Made by a program: the position numbers and the translations under genes | Part shown: positions 16,746-23,423 of the stretch, one piece after another | Layout of the letters: each line of letters starts with the position of its first letter | Numbering within the stretch: the stretch's first letter is position 1 | Source of the DNA: a virus | Taxonomy: Duplodnaviria; Caudoviricetes | IMG/VR virus record: IMGVR_UViG_3300031867_000035 | Span: 12,296 to 76,295 of that record | DNA: 64,000 nucleotides | Strand: one strand, 5' to 3' | The notes under the pieces: model-generated | Told to the model about the DNA's origin: nothing | The model's input: only the letters and a program-made list of their open reading frames with translations | The model's database searches: none

Positions 16746-17879
16746 CTAATAATTTTCTGCTTCTTCTCTAGTACGGAAGAAATGAATACCTGCGGTACAC
16801 TCTACATTGTACCTTAAATCGAATTCATCAGGACATACTATATCACCTACCTTATATGTAAATTTTCCATCATACCAAGCAAGAGCCTGGTCATAAGTAT
16901 TACCATTATTATCAGTAATACTTATAACTTCAGCCTTATTGGTTCTGCACTTACCATTGTTAATCGAAAAAACAACAGCTCCTTTAGGAATACGAAGTTC
17001 AACAATTAAATCATTAAGACATTTCTTATAACCTGTCATAGGATTATCTACTATAAGTCCGAGACGAATACTCTCCTTATCATCTAGGGAGGTACTGTTT
17101 AAAGTTGCATAATTAAAATCTGCCTCATCTAAATCTGCACCTTTTAAAGTAGCATAACTTAAATCAGCATACCTTAGATTAGCTTTAACAAAGTAAGACC
17201 TAAAGAAATTAGCACATTCACAATAAGTGTTCGCCAAGTCCGTACACTTAAAGTTCGTGTACTTAGCAGTAACGGATGCTAAATTAGCCTTAAATAAACC
17301 AGCCTCAGTTAAATTAGCGTGCATCAAGTCAGAGTGACTTAAATCTGCACCTACTAATTTAGCCTTTGTTAAATCAGCGGATTCTAATTCTGCATAACTT
17401 AACTTAGCATCATTTAAATAAGCCTCACTTAAATTAGCCTGAATTAAATGAGCATAAGTTAAGTCAGCACCAGTTAAATTGGCTTTAAACAATTTAACTT
17501 GATTTAAGTTAGCGTGCCTTAAACTAGCCTCACTTAAGGAAACATAACTTAAATCTACATTAGAAAAATAAGCAAAATTTAATTTTGCTCTTACTAAATT
17601 AGCATCATTTAAATTGGCGTTGCTTAAATTGACATCTGTTAAATCAGCTTCTACTAATCTAGCGTGCCAGAAATTAGAGTTAATTAAAGTTGCACAACTT
17701 AAATTAGCCTGAGTTAAATCAGCGCCAATAAAAATAGCTCCTTTTAAATTAGCGTGACTTAAGTCGATACCTCTTAAATCTGCATTAGTAAAGTCAGCAC
17801 AAACACCTCCTTTACCTGCTAACCACTTATGATGATTAGCTAAAATTCTTTTTAATTCTGTCTTTGTTATTTTTCTCAT
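16746..17879 (-). CDS. Pentapeptide-repeat protein 2 with C-terminal DUF5758-like domain
   Basis: Start moved to ATG 17879 (MRKITK, gaggag RBS); longest repeat run; GYKKC...KCRT...ECTAGIHFF. Confidence 0.9.
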   Translation of the reverse strand: MRKITKTELKRILANHHKWLAGKGGVCADFTNADLRGIDLSHANLKGAIFIGADLTQANLSCATLINSNFWHARLVEADLTDVNLSNANLNDANLVRAKLNFAYFSNVDLSYVSLSEASLRHANLNQVKLFKANLTGADLTYAHLIQANLSEAYLNDAKLSYAELESADLTKAKLVGADLSHSDLMHANLTEAGLFKANLASVTAKYTNFKCTDLANTYCECANFFRSYFVKANLRYADLSYATLKGADLDEADFNYATLNSTSLDDKESIRLGLIVDNPMTGYKKCLNDLIVELRIPKGAVVFSINNGKCRTNKAEVISITDNNGNTYDQALAWYDGKFTYKVGDIVCPDEFDLRYNVECTAGIHFFRTREEAENY

Positions 17880-17946
17880 AACAATTTCTCCTCGCCTGCT
17901 ATATTTTTTTGTTAAGTATAATGACCGTTGGTTTAGCAGTCTTGCC

Positions 17947-17974
17947 ATTATACTTTGAGTAATTAAATACTCAA
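17947..17974 (-). promoter_or_regulatory. sigmaA-type promoter TTGAGT-N16-TATAAT overlapped by a palindromic operator
   Basis: Minus strand TTGAGT ATTTAATTACTCAAAG TATAAT upstream of pentapeptide gene 2. Confidence 0.65.
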
Positions 17975-18048
17975 TTAGTAGTATGGATTATTTCTAACCC
18001 ATACTACTCGGTTGAATATTTAATTATTGCATTCAACACAAACTTAAA

Positions 18049-18264
18049 TTAAAATTCTCTTATTATTTCATTTCTCTTCATAGCATCATATAATCTGTCT
18101 AAGACAGACTTATCTTCTAAAGCAGCTATCTCTCTAACGGTTAAGAAATACTTTTCTCCACCAAAATTATCTCTGGTGTAATAATACCAAAGTCCATCTC
18201 TTCTGTCTTTAAAAGCGTGCCATACTTCTTTTCCTACATTTAATGTTATCTTTAATTCTTTCAT
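18049..18264 (-). CDS. Hypothetical protein (71 aa)
   Basis: RBS gaggag. Confidence 0.7.
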   Translation of the reverse strand: MKELKITLNVGKEVWHAFKDRRDGLWYYYTRDNFGGEKYFLTVREIAALEDKSVLDRLYDAMKRNEIIREF

Positions 18265-18285
18265 TATTTTCTTCTCCTCTTCTTT

Positions 18286-19155
18286 TTAAAAATAATATTT
18301 TTCTGCTTCTTCTTTTGTTTTAAAGAAATGTATACCCGAAGTACAATCAACATTATACATTAAACTAAAACTATCTGGTTTTATAACATCACCTACCTTA
18401 TAAATAAATTTAGAATCATAAACCGATATAGCTTCTTCATAAGAATTACCTTCACTATCGGTGATACTAATTACTTTAACTTTATTAGTTCTACAATCAG
18501 TGTTGTTAATTGAGAACACAATCGCACCTTTAGGAATACGTAATTTTACTATGCGATTTCCAGAGCACTTCTTATATCCTATCATAGACTTTTCCAAAGT
18601 TATGCCACGGCGTATCTCCTCCTTCTTATCTAATGAAGCATCGTGTAAATCTGCACCTTGTAAATCTGCACCTTGTAAATCTGCACCATTTAAAAAGGCT
18701 CTTAAATTTGAACTTATTAAAGAAGCGTAACTTAAGTTTGCCTTTCTTAAATCTGTTCTAAATAAACAAGCATCATTTAAATCTGCACCTTGTAAATCTG
18801 CATTTTGAAAATCAGCCAAACTTAAATTTGCACGATATAAATTAGCTTCTTTTAAAATAGCATAATTTAAATCAGCCTTTGTTAAATCAGCTCCTTTTAA
18901 ATTTGCGTTACTAAAGTCTGCAAATTTAGCAGAATAAATATTTAAATAAGCATAACTTAAATCTGCACCTTTTAAATTTGTATTATTTAAAACCGCATTA
19001 AGTAATACTGCCTTATATAAAGAAGCATTAGATAAATCAAGACCACTAAGGTCTACATTCTTTAAATTAAAACGCTGTCCATCTGGCATATTATTAAGCC
19101 ACTCTACGTGCTTCTCTAAAAGCACATTCAATTCTTTTTGTGTTAATGTTTTCAT
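18286..19155 (-). CDS. Pentapeptide-repeat protein 3 with C-terminal DUF5758-like domain
   Basis: ADLQGADLQGADL repeats; GYKKC...IVKLRIPKGA...DCRT...DCTSGIHFF. Confidence 0.9.
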   Translation of the reverse strand: MKTLTQKELNVLLEKHVEWLNNMPDGQRFNLKNVDLSGLDLSNASLYKAVLLNAVLNNTNLKGADLSYAYLNIYSAKFADFSNANLKGADLTKADLNYAILKEANLYRANLSLADFQNADLQGADLNDACLFRTDLRKANLSYASLISSNLRAFLNGADLQGADLQGADLHDASLDKKEEIRRGITLEKSMIGYKKCSGNRIVKLRIPKGAIVFSINNTDCRTNKVKVISITDSEGNSYEEAISVYDSKFIYKVGDVIKPDSFSLMYNVDCTSGIHFFKTKEEAEKYYF

Positions 19156-19246
19156 TTTCTTTTCCTCTCATATTTTTATAATATATTTTTTTGCCTGCAG
19201 CCCAGGCTCTGCTTCCAAGGCTGGCCGTTTACGCCAGCTAAATAAG

Positions 19247-19732
19247 GGACCCTAGTGTTTGAATAATGAAGCAGTCGGGTCCGAATCCAAAAAACTTTTC
19301 CTGTAGAAATAATGATACCCTATTGTTTTAATAATCTAAGTAACAATAGTATGTACAGAAAAAGTTTTTTTAAAACGGACCCTAGTGCTACAAAATCAAT
19401 CAAGCTAGGTTGCATTAAGCGTTTTCATAGGGAAAAATGAGGTTTCAATATTTTTTCAGTGTATTTTCATAATTGTTTTCATAGATTTTTACCGAAATGC
19501 TAACACACTCGACACAAAATCCACACTAAACAATTAGTAAAACAACACAAAAAATAAATTTAGCACTCGTCTAGTTAGAGTGCAACCTCGTTTTTGCCAG
19601 AAAAAGTGCAAAAGCAACCTAGCTTGTTCGAAATTAAAACAGTCGGGTCCGTGCACATCTCGGAGACATTTGTCATTCTCAGAGACATACATAGCTAGAC
19701 CCTGCTGTAATAACTTTGAAACACTAGGGTTT
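19247..19732. repeat. Nested inverted-repeat locus with four 36/37-bp dyad elements
   Basis: E1 19247-19282 / E2 19697-19732 inverted; E3 19377-19413 / E4 19614-19650 inverted; hairpin arms 19289-19305 / 19354-19370 (16/17 match). Confidence 0.85.
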
Positions 19733-19838
19733 CAGATTGAGTACTTAAATACTCAATTAGAGATACGGACTTTTATCAAGCCCGTGAATCTCTCGGCTGA
19801 GTATTCAAATACTCTTTAGGCCTTATAAGGCTAAAAGC

Positions 19839-20168
19839 TTAGGCTCTAAATGTGTTCCAGAAATAATATAGGAACATATCTACACAGTTACGATAATCCT
19901 TATCACTTACTGTGAAGTCGAAATCATCTGTTCCATAGAAAGTAATTCTGTACTTGTCATTAAAGTAACTAACTGCAATCCAATCTTCAGATGGAGTGTA
20001 ATCTAGAGAACTAGGGATACACTCATCATTGAAGTAATCCTTCATACATACAGGTCGAACGTAAGCAGGCTTACCACCCTTAGGTGCCTTAGCCTGAGCA
20101 GCTACATAGCGAGCGAATGATTCGCCGATTAACATTGTTAAATCTAATAAAAAGTTTTGTTTTGTCAT
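19839..20168 (-). CDS. Hypothetical protein
   Basis: RBS gaggagg. Confidence 0.75.
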   Translation of the reverse strand: MTKQNFLLDLTMLIGESFARYVAAQAKAPKGGKPAYVRPVCMKDYFNDECIPSSLDYTPSEDWIAVSYFNDKYRITFYGTDDFDFTVSDKDYRNCVDMFLYYFWNTFRA

Positions 20169-20337
20169 ATTTGTTCCTCCTCACCTTGTTATGTTCAAGG
20201 CTGGTCTAATCTGCCGACCATCTCGCAAAATAAATGTAAATATTATATCTATAAGATAAAACTGATATCTTTAGTGTCCGTCAGTGGCGGACAGATAAAG
20301 CAATCATAGAATAATCTGATAACCTTATAAGAGAGAG

Positions 20338-20559
20338 CTATAGTATCTCTACTATAGCATTCTCTTTCTTAGCCCATCTCAAAATGTCTTTGTAAGATGC
20401 AAAGCCTTCAGAGACTTTACTAGTAATCCTTTTATTACCTATAAAGTAATGAATTCCTCCATCTCTGGCATTTTGAAACATTGGTATAACTTCTGTTTCA
20501 TATTCCTCATAGAAACAGGTTACGCCAAAAGCATCTAATACAATCTTATAAGATTTCAT
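20338..20559 (-). CDS. Hypothetical protein; first gene of leftward arm
   Basis: RBS aaggag. Confidence 0.7.
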   Translation of the reverse strand: MKSYKIVLDAFGVTCFYEEYETEVIPMFQNARDGGIHYFIGNKRITSKVSEGFASYKDILRWAKKENAIVEIL

Positions 20560-20615
20560 ATTTTTGTTCTCCTTCTAGAGAGAATTAATCTCTCTTATAA
20601 GATTACCAGATTCTA

Positions 20616-20848
20616 TCACCAGCAGTAGGGTAACGAGTTTTTTCACGGCCTTTATCTTGACCATCGTCTCTCTAGCGAACAACCAGGGGACATCTCGATA
20701 TGGTTCGACACACGCAATGTCATTCCTGTGTTCAGAGAAACTTTCTTATTCTGCTCTATTGCTCGAGCACTTTCATTATCTTACGCTCATTCATCAGACG
20801 TTCAGACGGCACTAGGCCTTCTCGCAAATCTAATGCGTAAGCTGGTGA
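20616..20848 (-). ncRNA. Candidate structured non-coding RNA / 5' leader (about 233 nt)
   Basis: About 45% GC in 20641-20820 versus very AT-rich flanks; closing 8-bp stem 20616-23/20841-48; crossing helices 20647-51/20814-18 and 20780-86/20835-41; TATAAT on minus strand at 20870-75. Strand inferred. Confidence 0.45.
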
Positions 20849-21149
20849 AAAGATTTATATATTAATAGGATTATATCCTAGGGTTTTTTATTTGTTATGT
20901 TGTTGAATATTATTATCCTTACTCGTATTAAATATATTTTTTTTGTTAGGTTGTGGTTTGTTTTGTATATATTTAATGGGTCGCTCAGATAAGAGGTACA
21001 CCCCCTAAATAATAAACACAACTCAACATAATATATATATTAAATGGGATACAACATCAACATAATATATTTTTAGGACGGGTCACAGAATTTTCAGGAT
21101 TTTTCAATTCACCCCTAGGTAACTTTCTCAAAAACATTTGTCATTCCCC

Positions 21150-21178
21150 TTGACATTTGTCATTATTCGTGCTATACT
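21150..21178 (+). promoter_or_regulatory. Near-consensus sigmaA promoter for rightward arm
   Basis: TTGACA (21150-55)-17 bp-TATACT (21173-78) with TG extended -10. Confidence 0.85.
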
Positions 21179-21240
21179 CTTAGTGTATAGAGGATAACTC
21201 CCTGGGGTAAACGCCCAGGAACTGCAAAGGGGGTAACACA

Positions 21241-21753
21241 ATGTATAAACTAAATAATAGATTATTTATTGTAACAGACATTTCTACCTTAGAGGAGAAG
21301 ACATATGAAGGTATGAGAGGATGCAGTGAGGCCACGGGTATCACAATGTATAAGCTACACCTGATAGCTGATGCTGGAGACAATAAGGATTGGTACGTCA
21401 CTACTACAAAAGGCAACGCCTACAAGGTGAGATGCACTGTGGATGTGAACCAGCCTGTTATTGTAGCCTATCCTGTAGTGCCTGATATGTTTGCACCTAT
21501 AAAGTTTAAGAGTGTTACGAAGCTGATTCAGCAGTTTGGTATAGGTAAGAACACAATCTATAGAAGATGGGCCGAGGCTTACCCTGTGTATGAGGATAAC
21601 CCTACAGAGTTGATAGTCAAGTACTGGCAGCATAATACTCCAGTGACCTGCAAGAGTGGTAACGCCTATGGGGAGCAGTTCGTGCTAAGGTTCTACAAGG
21701 AGTATAATAAGGGAGATAAAGAAGCTTTTGAAAAACATAAAGGTTATAAATAG
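21241..21753 (+). CDS. Putative DNA-binding protein with two NUMOD1/HTH-like repeats
   Basis: KTYEGMRGCSEATGITMYKL and KFKSVTKLIQQFGIGKNTIYRR resemble NUMOD1-type helices. Confidence 0.45.
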   Translation: MYKLNNRLFIVTDISTLEEKTYEGMRGCSEATGITMYKLHLIADAGDNKDWYVTTTKGNAYKVRCTVDVNQPVIVAYPVVPDMFAPIKFKSVTKLIQQFGIGKNTIYRRWAEAYPVYEDNPTELIVKYWQHNTPVTCKSGNAYGEQFVLRFYKEYNKGDKEAFEKHKGYK

Positions 21754-21763
21754 GAGGAAGAGT

Positions 21764-22321
21764 ATGAATAATTTTATTACAGAGATTAGTGAAGAGGATT
21801 TCAAAAGATTACACCTGATTGGTTATGATAATGAGAGGGTAGATAATGGTGATGGTAGCTTCAGTTTCAAGTTCATCAAGAAGAGTTTGAATGATAAGCT
21901 CGAGGAATATAAGAAGTACCTTGCAGAGACTATCCTAAAGGATAAGGTAGACTTACCTTGGGTTATGGCAGTATGTGTACATATAGAGCCTACGGAAGAA
22001 GGGGTAGCTAAAGAGAGGGAAGTGCTGCAGAATTTTACAGCTAACATTAATCATCCAAGACACGGTGAGGTTATTGATTATAGTAAAGAGGCTTATCTTC
22101 AAGCTCTATATAATTTCAGCTACTATGATAAGTGGATGGATAGAATGGGTCACACTACCTATGAGTTTGGCATTGGGCTAGACCATTTATATTCTACAAG
22201 GGATAAGTGGATGGCAAAAGGTTGGATAGATTATTTTGAGGTTAGGAAGAAGGATACGAAAGCAGTATATATTATTCATCTTGAAGGAAAGCCAGAGGAT
22301 TATTTAAATGGTAAAAATTAA
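21764..22321 (+). CDS. Hypothetical protein
   Basis: Start moved to ATG 21764 behind aggagg. Confidence 0.75.
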   Translation: MNNFITEISEEDFKRLHLIGYDNERVDNGDGSFSFKFIKKSLNDKLEEYKKYLAETILKDKVDLPWVMAVCVHIEPTEEGVAKEREVLQNFTANINHPRHGEVIDYSKEAYLQALYNFSYYDKWMDRMGHTTYEFGIGLDHLYSTRDKWMAKGWIDYFEVRKKDTKAVYIIHLEGKPEDYLNGKN

Positions 22322-22604
22322 AGTTACAGATATATTATTAAACCCACTTGTCAAAACAGATTACACAGTGGTCATTGATGATGAAGAAGAAAGCTTAAAC
22401 AATGCTATCATCGAGATTCTAAGAGCTGAACAGACAGAGAAGGAAGACTTAAACACTTTAATCAGGAAGTATAATTCAAGTGCTAGAAGATTCAACAGAG
22501 GTCTATCGAATACTATTTTCATTTACACACATCCTGCAGAGGGTGTAGTGCTAAGAACCGTCATAGAGATTTATAAACAGATAGCAAAGGAGGTGAGCCT
22601 ATAA
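22308..22604 (+). CDS. Hypothetical protein
   Basis: Overlapping operon ORF. Confidence 0.7.
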   Translation: MVKIKVTDILLNPLVKTDYTVVIDDEEESLNNAIIEILRAEQTEKEDLNTLIRKYNSSARRFNRGLSNTIFIYTHPAEGVVLRTVIEIYKQIAKEVSL

Positions 22605-22840
22605 TGGATTTCGGTGAGGCATTAAGACTTCTAAAGCAAGGCGGAAAAGTTGCAAGACACGGCTGGAACGGCAAAGGTATGTGGCTAGAGCTACAGAGAC
22701 CTGATGTACATTCTAAGATGACTCTACCTTATGTGTACCTTAATTACCCTGTAGGTGATAAGTACCACAATGGTTGCAGAGTTCCGTGGTTAGCATCACA
22801 GACAGATATGCTAGAGGAAGACTGGGAGGAAGTAAAGTAA
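22604..22840 (+). CDS. tad2: DUF2829 / Tad2-family anti-defence sponge protein
   Basis: MDFGEALRLLKQGGKVARHGWNGKGM...PWLASQTDMLEEDW matches the family pattern F..AL..LK.G..V.R.GWNGK...W..SQTD.L.EDW. Confidence 0.85.
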   Translation: MDFGEALRLLKQGGKVARHGWNGKGMWLELQRPDVHSKMTLPYVYLNYPVGDKYHNGCRVPWLASQTDMLEEDWEEVK

Positions 22841-22842
22841 AG

Positions 22843-23169
22843 ATGAACGCACAAAAGCCAGAGGATGTTATAAAGAGCACCCAAGACTTGAACATCAGAA
22901 TGATGGAGTTCCTTCTATCACAGAAGGATAAGAAGCTTAGCTACGCTGATGTAGCAAGTATGATAGCAAGGTCGTTTTCAGAGTTTGAGAAGGATTCTAA
23001 AAAAGAGACAAGTCATTTCAATAAGGAGAAGCTAGCTGGTAAATCACCTGAGCTTGTCTACAGTATGACGATGTACGCTTGCTTCACTCAGTTAATAGGG
23101 GATTTCTTATTCTGTTGTTCACCAGAAGAGGCAGAAAAAATTACTGCACTATTGCAAAAGAAAGATTAA
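22843..23169 (+). CDS. Hypothetical protein
   Basis: Start moved to ATG 22843 behind ggagg. Confidence 0.7.
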   Translation: MNAQKPEDVIKSTQDLNIRMMEFLLSQKDKKLSYADVASMIARSFSEFEKDSKKETSHFNKEKLAGKSPELVYSMTMYACFTQLIGDFLFCCSPEEAEKITALLQKKD

Positions 23170-23180
23170 AGCTATATAAT
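23152..23180 (+). promoter_or_regulatory. sigmaA promoter for tRNA
   Basis: TTGCAA-17 bp-TATAAT; leader hairpin gtacagc-taag-gctgtac at 23187-23204. Confidence 0.75.
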
Positions 23181-23210
23181 ACTAGAGTACAGCTAAGGCT
23201 GTACCTACAT

Positions 23211-23286
23211 CGGAGAGTAGAGCAGTGGTTAGCTCGCTTGGCTCATACCCAGGAGGACGGGGGTTCAAATCCCTCCTCTCCAACCA
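23211..23286 (+). tRNA. tRNA-Met(CAT), initiator (fMet) type, CCA encoded
   Basis: 76-nt cloverleaf CGGAGAG TA GAGC AGTGGTTA GCTC G CTTGG CTCATAC CCAGG AGGAC GGGGG TTCAAAT CCCTC CTCTCCA ACCA; C1-A72 mismatch and A11-U24 are initiator hallmarks. Confidence 0.95.
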
Positions 23287-23325
23287 TATTATTCTTTAAT
23301 AGCTTTTTTGCTCACTATTAAAAAG

Positions 23326-23358
23326 ATAAGGCAACAGATAACGTTGTCTTATTTTTTT
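23326..23358 (+). terminator. Intrinsic terminator after tRNA
   Basis: ataaggcaac-7 nt-gttgtcttat followed by T-run. Confidence 0.85.
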
Positions 23359-23372
23359 GTCTATGATATAAT
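23344..23372 (+). promoter_or_regulatory. sigmaA promoter for the giant gene, overlapping the tRNA terminator
   Basis: TTGTCT (23344-49)-17 bp-TATAAT (23367-72) with TG extended -10. Confidence 0.75.
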
Positions 23373-23423
23373 TAATATAGATAATCGTTTATCCAAAATA
23401 AATAGAGAGGGGTCTACACAAAA

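Noticed and set aside
15679-19155. Diversity-generating retroelement acting on pentapeptide or fibre genes
   Set aside because: No reverse transcriptase in the window, and paralog differences are not adenine-specific TR/VR pairs.
19247-19732. CRISPR mini-array (36/37-bp units)
   Set aside because: Units are degenerate, in opposing orientations and separated by very unequal distances; no direct repeat-spacer periodicity.
19580-19819. 79-aa + strand ORF
   Set aside because: No RBS, weak start, and it lies across the repeat locus; probably spurious.
20750-20810. Hammerhead ribozyme (CUGAUGA...GAAA on the minus strand)
   Set aside because: Stem II is only 2 bp, and stems I and III cannot be formed around a valid NUH triplet.
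23079-23321. 80-aa ORF
   Set aside because: Overlaps the upstream gene and the entire tRNA.
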